Part shown: piece after piece, positions 13,707 to 26,785 of the stretch
Numbering within the stretch: the stretch's first letter is position 1
Layout: each line of letters begins with the position of its first letter
Origin: Antedon mediterranea
Taxonomy: Eukaryota; Animalia; Echinodermata
Length of the DNA stretch: 64,000 nt
Assembly (NCBI RefSeq): GCF_964355755.1
Contig: NC_092671.1
Span: 33,738,304-33,802,303, forward strand
Direction: 5' to 3'
The notes under the pieces: model-generated
The model's database searches: none
Seen by the model: the letters and a program-made list of their open reading frames with translations, nothing else
Told to the model about the DNA's origin: nothing
Translations under genes and position numbers: made by a program

Positions 13707-13735
13707 TTACTTAATTTTTTTTCCTGTAGAAGGTT
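13707..13735 (-). CDS. Gene B terminal coding exon: (E)PSTGKKIK*
   Basis: Acceptor ctttctcttttatttcAG|AACCT gives the same xP start as the module exons. In-frame TAA at 13707-13709. The downstream sequence is homologous to 24.7 kb. Confidence 0.55.
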
Positions 13736-13914
13736 CTGAAATAAAAGAGAAAGAAAAATGTGAACTGCTAGATTTTAACACATGCAATACATTTTAATAT
13801 GCGATATATTTAATATAATATGTTCAATGAGGGCGTACTAAAGTAGTTAATTTGCTACTAAAATGGTCCTGTTTACACTATTTGGCCTACATGCAACATA
13901 ATAACATTCACAAA

Positions 13915-16626
13915 ATGAATGTATCGTTACTTATGTACTACTTCAATCGACTATGACAGTTTCAGCAAAGTGTTCAATTGCAAATATTTTACTATGTTTA
14001 GTTTTATTATTATAAAACATGAAAACCAATATTTCGTTACTGAGTGGATAAAATAATATTCAAAATTGTTTCTCTTTGCACCTATCCTCTGTCCATTCCT
14101 CGACCTTCATGTTACATACAAAACACAAATTGTGTTTGTTGAAATTTGACTAAACAATTTTGGTTCATTTTGTTTTCTTTCGGAAGTAATTACCAGGGTG
14201 CTACTTTTAGTTGACAACCTACAAATCACCTTGTCAATTTATTCGTTCCTGAAAACGACAGAATGTATCTATATATAAATTTACATAAGGGCAAAATTCG
14301 GTAAATTGCGCGTTACTTCTAGAATGTTTACTCGATGGTATATACAGTTTGTTCGTACTTTCTGTACTGATTTTAACCACCTGATGTAACCCTGTTTACT
14401 AATTAAATTGAGTTAGATAATTAGCTATTGACAATTAAAACGAATTTTGGTTCAACGATTTGCCCCAAATAGGGGTGTTTTCCGATCGTGGTATACACGG
14501 TATAATGCATGTCCATCGTGAAAAATACCCGCATACAATAATACGAGGATGCTTCGCATTTTCATATCTCCTCCTACGATAATTGTTTTTAATGGCTCAA
14601 AACCGGTTGAACAGCTCAAGTACAGCATCATAATGTTGAAGACAGGCCGACTTTCTTTAAAAAATACTATTTTGACAGATTTAATATACGTTTATTCAAA
14701 TGTATTGATTTGCAATGAATGGAACATTCCAAATTATTTGGTTTAACCATACTTGCAAACCTCCATGGTTTAACACAAGTAGATAAATTTATGGAACATT
14801 GGAGAATAAACATAAATATTATTGTAATGCTATACAATACTGCAAATAGGTATTAACCACTTTTGATCGCCATTTGAATCAAAAGTGTGTTGGTACTGTT
14901 AGATATAATATAAACAAATATACTAATAAACTTGATTACTGTGAGTGTGGGTAGCCCCTACTTTTAGATTATAAACACATAATAATATAATACTTTATTA
15001 CTGATAGTTGCTTCTCAACGTTTGTATTAATTAATAATTACAAAAATATAAACGTAGTAGTGGTCTTTAAATATACTTTAATATTTCAATCGACTATGAG
15101 ACAGTGACAATTTTAACAAAGTATTAAATCGGAAATGGTTTACTCTATTTAGTGGTATATTATTTATAGGCCTATAAAAAAAAATATTTCGTTAATGGAT
15201 GGCTAATAAAGAAATATAAAGAATAATTTAATATAAAGAATATATTAAAAAATTGTTCCTCTTTGTACCTATCCTCATCTCCAACCCTCAACTCTAATGT
15301 TTGATACAAAACACAAATTGGGTTTGTTTAAATGAGTCCAAATAAAAAATTTGGAATCATTTTGTGACAAGTTTCTATGTGCTAATTTTGGTTGACTACA
15401 TAAATCATTGTGTCTATATATTTGTTTCTGTACTAACGACAATGTTTTATAGTCCTGCCGTACGTAGGCCTACATTTGAAATCGCAATTTTTTTTACGCT
15501 GAAATTACTATGTATTCGAGAACCATCTAGTCTTCTATATATAAATTTACGTAAGGGCAAAATTCGGTAAATCGCGCCTTACTTCTAGAATTTTTACTCG
15601 ATGGTATATAAAGTTGGTTCGTACTTTCGATACTGATTTTAACCACCTGATGTAACCCTGTTTACTAATTAAATTAAGTTAGATACTTTAATATACGTTT
15701 ATACAAATATATTGATTTGCGATGAATGGAACATTCCAATCTCTGTGTCGTTCCACAAGTGTCTATTCCCTCAGGCGTCGTAAAGGAAAGTACTGTATAC
15801 TCATAACAGAAATTCGATCCATTTTTTATTCAATCTGTGCTGCAGAGATTGGATATAATTTTTTTTAAACGGATAATGAGCTAGTGCTAGAGTTTTCAGT
15901 CGCCGTATATTATGTACAAATCTTTATTTTTGCAGTTAAACCACCCACATCATCACCCTTCCCTAACTGGCATGAGTAGCGTTGTAAAGCCATAGTAGAC
16001 CCTGATAGGCCTACGGTGCATCATATGCCCTAAACGCAAAACAACTTTGGTGGGTAGGGTAGGAACCAACTTAAGTATGACTTGGCTCTAAGAAACCATT
16101 GAAAACCATTAGACCTACTAATTAAGTTGAGTTAGATAATTTAATATTTATTGACGATTAAATCGAATTTATGATTTTCCCCGAATAGAGGTGGTTTTCA
16201 CAAATTGTTTTACATTATATAAACATACACGTCGTAGTGATGTATCGTTACATGTACTGCTATTTCAATCTACTAGTGTTTAGTGGTATATTATTTGTAA
16301 AACATGAAAACAATTAATATTTTTTTACTAAATGGATAAAGAATATATTTAAAAATTGTTCTTCTTTGCACCCATCCTCTTCCCCATCCCTCAACCCTAA
16401 TGTTACATACAAAACACAAATTAAGTTTGTTTAAATTTGACTTAAACAATTGGTCTCATTTTGTGACAAGTTTCTCTTTCGGAAGTAATTCACAGGGTGC
16501 TAATTTTAGTTGAGTACATAAATTAGTGTCTATTTATTCGTTCCTGTAAACATGTATTATTGTACGTACATTTGAAATCGTCAGTTTTTTAACGCTGAAA
16601 TTATTATGTATTCGAGAACCATCTAG
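13915..16626 (+). mobile_element. Head-to-tail array of non-autonomous Helitron copies (partial 13915-14265; 14268-15530; 15534-16626)
   Basis: Copies start TCTATATATAAATTTAC and end ACCATCTAG|T. They belong to the same family as 25588-26785, but the terminal hairpin is deleted in these copies. Confidence 0.8.
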
Positions 16627-17350
16627 TTATTAATAATGTAACGTATCTGTTTTTGTTGTCGTATTCGTATAACTATTTTCCTATATTTATATAATCGTAC
16701 ACGTCCACAGAATCAACACTAAGTTAATTACGAAACAGGACGTTAGGGGCAGCGACAAACATCCTGTGTTCGCTAAAGCGTAAAATCGTAATTATACAGT
16801 CGGCGTAGTCCTTTAATTAGTTACGCACCCTTGCGCAAAGACGACGACGACCGACATTACCGCTTTCCCTTCTCGTCTTGCCGCGCGGGGCCCTTCGCTT
16901 GGTTTTGGTGATACAGGAATAGGCCTAAGCTAGGGGCCTCGTATTCAAACACCGCCCAAAATGTATTTCTTTTAACACCACCATTTTAACCCATAACAAT
17001 GTTATTTCGTTAAACAATTAAATTAGAAGTTAAACAAATTCACGTTAAGGTGTAATTTGAACTGTATATTTAAGATTATATTTACATTGTTTCTAGTCGT
17101 TCTCCGTAAACGGGAAAATGGCAACTTTTTCGTCCTCAAAAAGAAGACGACAGAATTTCACGCCCATTTTGTTTAAGCTCATGCATAAATTATTCATGAG
17201 CACCATCCTGTTGCTCCTCGTCCTGTTTCGCAAAGGACTGATGATGACGAGGACAATAATATCGAAGTATTGATTTCCTATACACGATGGTGCACTATCC
17301 AGTTTTCTTCGTATTTTAGGCGTATGAATTATGGATTGTATGCGACGTAC

Positions 17351-17380
17351 CTCCGGCGTTTAATCCACCAAGGGGAGGTC
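17351..17380 (-). pseudogene. Gene B module exon (R)PPLGGLNAG with an apparently mutated acceptor (cAA instead of cAG)
   Basis: Contains the GGATTAAACGC core and donor G|GTacgt. The upstream intron shares gtcaaagacttc with the flank of exon 9525. Using the AAG 1 nt inside gives 29 nt and a stop. Confidence 0.55.
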
Positions 17381-18289
17381 TTGAAAACATAAGCAATACC
17401 ATGATTAATATTAATTTATATCAATACCTATTAGATTAGATTTACTGTAATCTATAATTGTGCTTTGTATTGTAATTGCTTATTGTAATTTTTACTGTCA
17501 AAGACTTCATTTTGGGAAATCTAAATTCAACATGTATCCACTTTTGAAATGTAACGTTCATGAAATACAAAGGAAGATTGAGATAAAAATGGAAACTTTC
17601 GAGCCATCATGAAAGGTAACAACCGTCAAGATTATGCCTACATAAACAACTTAGGAAGAATAAAATGTACTAGACTATGCGTAAATATTAAACAACAAAT
17701 GTATGGCTTAGAGTGTTTGCTGTATCCTAAAAATGAATCATGATATTGAATAAGTCTACACAATCTTGTCTCTCGATTGAAGTTAAAACGCAGAATATCA
17801 AATCGCAAAGTACGTGCATACGTACGCACTATTAAGACCGGTGTGGCTTAAGGCAATCTACAGATATTAACATCCCTTCGGCCGCGTTCGTTATATTAAT
17901 GAACATGGTGATAAACGCACAATTCCATGTTTATCTAGTTATACGTGTTAAAAGTACTCTGTGAATAACGCTATGGCGTTAGTAAGTGGGGTTAACAACG
18001 CCTCTACATAATAGTTTACATTCACATGGGCTTATGCCTGCATTATGCCGTACGTGAAAATAAAAACTGTTCTTAGTTACGTTGTGGTTCAGCTTGTTCT
18101 TATTCAAATGCAGACATTTCCGATATATCCGAGTTGTAATCCTGTTATGTGGTTCGGGAAGGTATTGTGTGATTTTTAAATACAGCGGAGGTGTAGCGGT
18201 AGCTACGATTCAGTTTTAAAAATTGTTTTAATAAAATAATTATAATAGTAAGCATGTATACTATATGTATTATTATCCGCGTGACTTAC

Positions 18290-18319
18290 TTTCAGCAGCG
18301 TTTAATCCAGAAGGAAGTA
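18290..18319 (-). CDS. Gene B micro-exon (30 nt, phase 1-1): (V)LPSGLNAAE
   Basis: Flanked by ggattttttcAG and GTaagtc, and encodes the GLNA motif. Confidence 0.7.
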
Positions 18320-18618
18320 CTGAAAAAATCCAAAAGACAAAAAGTAGTATTAGCAAAGGTTAGTTTTATGTTTGAAAACTTGTTCGGATTGAAGCATTGA
18401 TCAGGGTATCGATAATTAAAATGATTATAATCAAATACAGTGTTTTGAGCGACTAAGCGTGGTGGTGAATTTCATGACAAAATTGATGACGTTGCTTGTT
18501 TTAAAATAGTATGCCTAAATGTTATTATAATTCCGTATTAGTTTAATTTAACTTATTATTATTATTAAATCATAAAAGCTTTATTGTTTAAGTTTAAGTG
18601 ATCTAGTTAGTAACTCAC

Positions 18619-18645
18619 CTTCTTCTCGACGGACTCTGTTATGAT
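18619..18645 (-). CDS. Gene B micro-exon (27 nt, phase 1-1): xHNRVRREE
   Basis: Flanked by ttatgtgttttAG and GTgagtt. It is a paralog of 3148-3177. Confidence 0.7.
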
Positions 18646-18839
18646 CTAAAACACATAAGTTAATAATAACTGGAGGTAACATCAGTCTTCATAAACGGGA
18701 AACATGAGGTTTAATGTTTGTGTATATATAAACACAACAGGCATAGAATTAAATTCCTAACCGCCTGGTTATACACTGACAATTATTTAATTAATATTTG
18801 AAACGATAAAGATGAGGAAATCTGGGAAATGAGAAAAAG

Positions 18840-19160
18840 TCGCCCCAACCGAGACTCGAACTCGGACCGTCTGCTTGATATGCAGTTGCCCTTACCATAA
18901 GACCACAAGGGCTTTCATGGTATTGTTCTTTAACTCGATCGGATAACGACCCTTTAACATTCTCGGCGTGGTACGGTTGGAACACAACTAGTCCTCAGTT
19001 GTACCTCAGAGACTCGAACTCGAACCGCCTGCTTGATATGCAGATGTCCTAACCATTAGACCACTGGGGCTTTCATTGTATTGATCGAACTCGATCGGAT
19101 AACGACCCTTTAACATTCTCGGCGTGGTACGGTTGGAACAGCACTAGTCCTCAGTTGTAC
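18840..19160 (-). mobile_element. tRNA-derived repeat (SINE-like), two tandem copies
   Basis: The minus strand has an A box (TGGTCTTATGG) and a B box (GTTCGAGTC). A unit of about 157 bp is repeated (18850-19003 and 19008-19160). Confidence 0.6.
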
Positions 19161-19222
19161 GCACGCGCACCAGAGATCAAATTGATATTTTATCTGTATC
19201 TGTATCTGTATCAGTATCTGTA

Positions 19223-20345
<1,123 letters not shown>

Positions 20346-20585
20346 GGTTGAAATTTTCAGATCGTTTGGATAGAGTGCTCAATACCAAGGTAGAGCATAA
20401 ATAAATAAAATAACAGCAGAAAACTTGGTTACTTCATTGTTTTAATCACTACAAATTTGTTTCGTACGACCAGCATGTAACTGGCCGCACTCTTCATGTG
20501 AAATATAAAACATAAGTGACACAGTTGTCTCATAGTGCTTAATAGAAGTGAGTCATCGGGAAGTCGTATACAATAGCCTATTGTT

Positions 20586-21473
20586 TTAGATAAACTGTTT
20601 GGATCTGCAATTTAGTAAGAATTTTTTCCTATGTCTACAAGTAGAGACTAACTCGTTCTTACGGTTCAGTGAGCATAGCTCTGGTTGACATATAATAACA
20701 TACTTTTCATATATACATAAATTACATCTTTTGTTAATATTTGAGTAAGGTTTGCATTTCTTTATAATTTTCCATTTAATTGAGTAATTTGTTTTAGAGT
20801 CTTTAAGAAGTATCCATATATATTTACTGAGTTCCGTTGAATTTCTTAGTTTTTCGTTCCGGAATGAAGACGTATGGTTTCTGTATCTAGTTTTAAACTG
20901 GTTTTCAGTTAGTCCGACATATGTTTCTTCTTTTGATGAATCTTCTCTCTTTACTGTAGCTTGGTAAACTACACCTTTTGTTAGGCAGTTACTTGGGAGC
21001 GGGCATTCATTGGGATTGCGGCAGTTACATCCGCTTGTTTTCGCGTTGGTTTCAGTAGACTTTTCTTTGGCTATCACATATTTGTTGTGTGCGTTAATTA
21101 CTTTGTCTACGCTGGGCATGCAACTATAGCTTAGTTTCAAGGTATTTTTGTTAAATATTTTTCTGAGCTTGTTGCCGGCAGGAAAACAATCTTCTACTAT
21201 AGCTAAAAACTTGTGGCCGATGTTGGTTGCTACGTTTTTGCTGAATGGTGGGTTAAACCAAATTATGTTTCTGGTACGTGATTATTTGGGCTTCTGCTGT
21301 TCAGCATTGAACTCAAGTTGATGATTGTATCCACTTTCTTTGAGGGCTTCCTGGTATAGGGGTGCAGATGCATGAAATGTATCTTTGTCTGATGAGATGT
21401 CGGAAAGGCGTCTATTTATAGCAAGTGGGATGTTTCGGATAATAGATGGAGGATGGTTGCTGTCATGGTGCAC
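20586..21473 (-). pseudogene. Penelope ORF fragment (RT thumb/linker plus GIY-YIG endonuclease), interrupted near 21282
   Basis: ORFs 21282-21473 and 20586-21140 are consecutive parts of the typical Penelope protein. Confidence 0.85.
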
Positions 21474-21935
21474 GTAGGTTGGTTTGTTATTAGGCTTAGT
21501 GAAAGGTCGGAAGAAACATATGTCGGACTAACTGAAAACAAGTTTAAAACTAGATACAGAAACCATACGTCTTCATTCCGGAACGAAAAACTAAGAAATG
21601 CAACGGAACTCAGTAAATATATATGGATACTTAAAGACTCTAAAACAAATTACTCAATTAAATGGAAAATTATAAAGAAATGCAAACCTTACTCAAATAT
21701 TAACAAAAGATGTAATTTATGTATATATGAAAAGTATGTTATTATATGTCAACCAGAGCTATGCTCACTGAACCGTAAGAACGAGTTAGTCTCTACTTGT
21801 AGACATAGGAAAAAATTCTTACTAAATTGCAGATCCAAACAGTTTATCTAAAACAATAGGCTATTGTATACGACTTCCCGATGACTCACTTCTATTAAGC
21901 ACTATGAGACAACTGTGTCACTTATGTTTTATATT

Positions 21936-21991
21936 TCACCTGAAGAGTGCGGCCAGCTACATGCTGGTCGTACGAAACAAATTTGTAGTGA
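21936..21991 (+). ncRNA. Minimal type I hammerhead ribozyme in the Penelope pLTR
   Basis: TCAC-CTGAAGA-[GTGCGGCCAGC tacat GCTGGTCGTAC]-GAAA-CAAATTTG-TA-GTGA gives the core CUGANGA/GAAA, stem II, a palindromic stem III, a GUA cleavage triplet and stem I TCAC/GTGA. Confidence 0.8.
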
Positions 21992-22027
21992 TTAAAACAA
22001 TGAAGTAACCAAGTTTTCTGCTGTTAT

Positions 22028-22122
<95 letters not shown>

Positions 22123-22125
<3 letters not shown>

Positions 22126-22852
22126 CAATGATGTTGCGTAGCACTGTGTAAATTATATATAAATCATACTGTAAATTATAGAAACAGTACAGGGCGAGTA
22201 TCATACCACTAGACAAACGCCCTCACAATCCACTGATTGTGAGGGCGTTTGTTGTATGAGAGAATGTATCTGGTGGGTTAAAATCTGTGATAATACCATA
22301 CATGGCTCTGTGGTCTAGTGGTATGATACTCGCCCTGTAAGCGAGAGGTTGCAGGTTTGAATCCCGCCAGAGACATTTTTTCATACAACTAAAAAACACG
22401 GAACTTTCGCCAATGAGCTATGCTCGACGCGATTATGAGATCATGTTCCGAATATGAGCACTGTTTCTATAATTTACAGTATGATTTATATATAATTTAC
22501 ACAGTGCTACGCAACATCATTGATTTACATATACACAATATTATTTTAAAAGCCGTTGCGAATTAAAGTTGGAATTTATTCTGACTTGTTAAGCCTCCAC
22601 TGATTGTGAGGGCGTTTGTTGTATGAGAGAATGTATCTGGTGGGTGAAATCTGTGATAATACCATACATGGCTCTGTGGTCTAGTGGTATGATACTCGCC
22701 CTGTAAGCGAGAGGTTGCAGGTTCGAATCCCGCCAGAGACATTTTTTCATACAACTAAAAAATACGGAACTTTCGCCAATGAGCTATGCTTGACGCGATT
22801 ATGAGATCATGTTCCGAATATTATGAGCACTGTTTCTATAATTTACAGTATG

Positions 22853-22860
<8 letters not shown>
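22123..22860 (+). mobile_element. tRNA-derived repeat (tRNA-Pro-like body), two tandem units preceded by inverted fragments
   Basis: GGCTCTGTGGTCTAGTGGTATGATACTCGC..GCGAGAGGTTGCAGGTTCGAATCCCGCCAGAG occurs at about 22304 and 22669. 22123-22230 consists of reverse complements of unit parts. Flanked by (TA)n. Confidence 0.7.
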
Positions 22861-22901
<41 letters not shown>

Positions 22902-25161
22902 GAATTAATGTTCTTTGCCTGATTTGTTTATATATATAAAAGTATCTTTTCGGAGATCCCGCCTCGTGAATAAAAATACTGTAAGATGAGGGCGTATCAA
23001 TTTGATCTCTGGTACCTAGAAAAAATTGGGATTGTTCACTGTAGGGATTCTGAATTTGAGTTGTAGTAAATCATGGTCAAATGGAAAATAAAATTATAAA
23101 TTAATGGTAAGCAGTATTCTCTACATTAATTATTACTCACAACCAGTATATCAAACTTTGATTTACATAAAATAGACATAAACATAATTACTTGAAAATC
23201 TCCTGAAATATTTTTTTTTTCGCTCTAGAAAATATTATATCATACCCCAAAATGTTAATTATTTACTCAAAATACATGCAAATATTTCTCAATCATCATA
23301 ATTACTATAATGGAATATGATGCTTTTATTGATTTTTTTTATTCATTTGGTGGAACAAACGATAAAAACAGGGACAATTCAATTCATTGTTTTTAACAAT
23401 AAGACTAGGCGAGGTCCTGATGAGTGCTACAAACAATACAAAAAACTACAATACAAAAAATAATGTTACTCTCTAACGCTTGTTATTTTAAAACAGTGTC
23501 AGTCACAACACAAATTGGATGGTTAAAAATGTTGCATGGTATTAACAATATATAAGATGAAATACTAATTTCGGACTTTTAATAAAACATAAAATATTTA
23601 CTACACATTTAGGAAAGCGTGTGCTTTATCCCTCGTAGTCGTACTCGTTTAAAATATTATGTGATTTGTGTTTCAGTACTGTTTTATTTTATACTTCCAC
23701 TTTTACTTAATATATTTTAAGTTAAATACCGGCCAATATTTAATTAAAAATTGTCATGATTCAGTACCTAATATCTACGCTGTCAACTTTTATTTGATAC
23801 TGTATAATTATAACATATGCCAAACATTTCAGATTTACATATTTATTTATTTGAAGTAACACTCTGAAGTCTAAGAAAACAAATGCATACACTAATAAAT
23901 TAAAACATTTGTTGGTATTTTGGGTAGAATCATCTTTATTTTGGATTAAATTATGCAGTAAATAAATGGTTTAATCAATGGATTGGAAAAAGATACTTCC
24001 CTTAGACAGCCATAATACTGCAATCTGATTGGCTAGCGCCTAAATAATAGTAAAATCTTATCCTATACTTCCTTTGCCTTGATTTTATTGTCAAAAAGTG
24101 GACGAACTTCCTAATTATGATATTAATATCTCGCTTAATATAAGGTTTCTGGCAATGATTTTTAGTTTAAAATGTACAGAATGATCTCCTGAATCATGTA
24201 CAACCCATAACTCATTTTTGAAAAAAATGTCCCATACTTCCCTTTGCCATAGGGGGGCAGAATAGTTTTAGAGTAATAGCTGAGTAGTGAGTAATAATAG
24301 TAATAATAGGCCTAGATAATGTTTAATTGAAAATCAACTAGGTTTTTAAAAAAGATCCAGCATCATTGATCATACTATTTTTATTTTTAAATATGGGCCT
24401 ATTATTAATAAACAATACAAAACAAATTGATTTTTCGGCTGCATTTGAGGATCTGTTTGGTACAAAGATCAAAATCGTTGACAACACATGATTAGCTCAA
24501 CAAAGGTTTTTTTGTATCCGAATCCATAAAATGTCTATAGAATCCACAAAGTGTCTATATCGTTTTGTAGTTCATAAGGCTATTACTGTTTTTAACCAAA
24601 TCATTACCATAACTCATTATCAGGCAATTGCAGACAATTTTACCAACGTTTTTATATTAACAGTAACTAGACCATGCCAAATAAAGGTTAAACATCTGGA
24701 GATGTTCACTTCATTAATTAATTTATTTTTAACAAGAAGAGAAACTTATTGTTTCCTCTTTCATTAACAGATAATTCTTCAAAAGACAATACCATTTTAA
24801 AAGGTTATTTAAACATGTGGATATATTCACTTCATTAATTCATATAATATTTAATAAAACACAGAAAGGATACCATCTGTTAACAAGTTGTTTTAAACTT
24901 CAATGCACCATCCTTCTGTAATTCTTCATTTTAGTCAGACATCTTACTCTTCCTTCCTTCAGATATCTTCTCCAAAACTATCTCTTACTTGTTGAAATTA
25001 TTGCGGTCCTCAGTATATTCTTTCTCTGATGGTGAATTTGTCTTAGTCCTAATCATTTTTAATTATTTCCGTGTTCAAAATATTTACTAAAGTCCTATAT
25101 TTCATTATTGTATTATCATAATGTGTCAGTACTGCACATTTTATTTACATTTTATATTTAG

Positions 25162-25199
25162 TTATTTTTTTACAACTGTCATTGTCTTGTCAAAAGGCT
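25162..25199 (-). CDS. Orphan terminal exon of a third paralog: (E)PFDKTMTVVKK*
   Basis: Acceptor ttatttttcaataccAG|AGCCT. It has the same phase, xP start and basic end as 13707-13735. Downstream 24680-24870 is homologous to 13140-13460. Upstream exons were not found. Confidence 0.4.
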
Positions 25200-25587
25200 C
25201 TGGTATTGAAAAATAATTAAAAAAAATAACCTTTCCAGCTTTGTTTATGTTTATCTATTTTTTGCGTCTTTTATGGGCCGGGCTCGTCCCACTTTTATTT
25301 CAGTTTGCTGTACACATTATTGAAATAATAGTATACATTATATACTATTTCTCTACATAAGGCATATTATGTATAAGCCTATTCTCTTGTATCATTAAAA
25401 TTAAAAACAAAGGTCATGTTCTCCATCTTTTCTTATCACATGCAAGTGACGAGTACATATTTGTGATTATTGTTAAAGGTGTTTTTTAGTGACATAGTAT
25501 ATTTAATAATAAATTAAAAAAATGTACATATGACCTTACATACATTATAATATATACAGACATGCTGAATATTGCGGATTTCATATA

Positions 25588-26785
25588 TCTATATATAAAT
25601 TTACGTAAGGGCAAAATTCGGTAAATCGCGCCTTACTTCTAGAATTTTTACTCGATGGTAGGCTATATAAAGTTGGTTCGTACTTTCGGTACTGATTTTA
25701 ACCACCTGATGTAACCCTGTTTACTAATTAAATTAAGTTAGATAATTAGTTATTGACGATTAAAACGAATTTAGGTTCAACGATTTGCCCCAAATAGGAG
25801 TGTTTTCCGATCGTGGTATACACTGTCTAATGGATGTCCATCTTGAAAAATACCCGCCACAAAAATGCGAGGAGGCTTCGCATTTTCCTATCTCCTCTTA
25901 CGATAATTGTTTTTAATAGCTGAAAACCGGTTGAACAGCTAGAGTACAGCATCATAATGTTGAAGACAGGCCGATTTTCTTAAAAAAATACTATTTTGAT
26001 AGATTTAATATAAGATTATACAAATGTATTGATTTGCGATGAATGGAACATCCCAATCTCTCAGTCTGCCAGAGTTTGGTTTAACACAAGTAGGTAAATT
26101 TATGAGCCCTTGGTTTAACACATACGGTAGGTAAATATATGGGCCCTTTGAGAATAAACTTCTTGCAATACTTTGACAATACTGTAAATACACATTATTA
26201 TATACAAATAAACTTTATACTGACAGTTCCTTCTCAACGTTTGTATTAATTAATAATTACCAAAAATATAAACGTCGTAGTGGTGTATCGTGACATGTAC
26301 TTTAATATTTCAATCGATTATGACAGTGACAGTTTTAACAAAGTATTAAATCGCAAATGTTTTACTGTATTTAGAGGTATATTAAGTATAGGCTTATAAA
26401 ACATGAACAAAATATTTCGTTACTGAGTGGATAAAGAATATATTTAAAAATTGTTCCTCTTTGTACCTATCCGCTTTCCCATTCCTCAACCCTAATGTTA
26501 CATACAAAACACAAATTGGGTTTCTTTAAATGAGTCCAAATCAAAAATTTGGACTCATTTTGTGATAAGTTTCTCCTTCGGAAGTAATTCCCAGGGTGCT
26601 AATTTTAGTTGACTACATAAATCATCGTGTCTATTTATTCGTTTCTGTAAACGACAATGTATTATAGTCCTGCGGTACGTACATTTGAAATCGCCAGTTT
26701 TGTTACGCTGAAATTACTGTATATTCGAGAACCATCTGTGGGCACGACCTAGATGGTACGCGAGCGAAGCGAGCGTACCATCTAG
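25588..26785 (+). mobile_element. Full-length non-autonomous Helitron
   Basis: A|TC start and CTAG|T end, subterminal hairpin CTAGATGGTACGC...GCGTACCATCTAG, and no TSD. Confidence 0.9.

Larger units (their letters stand above)
20342..22035 (-). mobile_element. 5'-truncated Penelope-like element with an inverted pLTR
   Basis: The minus strand encodes the RT C-terminus (YVHHDSNHPPSII) and a GIY-YIG endonuclease (GVVYQA...TYVGLTE..FKTRY.NH...CNLCIYEK). 21511-22035 is an inverted copy of about 20405-20930. (TA)n lies on both sides. Confidence 0.92.

Noticed and set aside
17205-17275. CTGATGA with nearby complementary segments, a possible hammerhead
   Set aside because: There is no correctly placed GAAA or stem II/III, so a core cannot be built.
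21453-21851. Independent GIY-YIG nuclease gene on the + strand
   Set aside because: It is the inverted pLTR copy of the Penelope 3' end, fused to antisense RT sequence, and lacks the first GIY motif.
22304-22741. Functional tRNA-Thr(TGT) genes
   Set aside because: C replaces the invariant U33, the acceptor and T stems have mismatches, the body is Pro-like, and the copies lie within a repeated unit. They are better explained as tRNA-derived repeats.
23141-23202. Possible first coding exon of gene B
   Set aside because: The splice sites are good, but the only open frame ends in phase 0 (phase 1 is needed) and is not a convincing signal peptide. Left uncalled.
24880-25060. Purine-rich minus-strand stretch resembling coding sequence (MIRTKTNSPSEKEY...)
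   Set aside because: It has two in-frame stops and no recognisable motif or clear exon boundaries.
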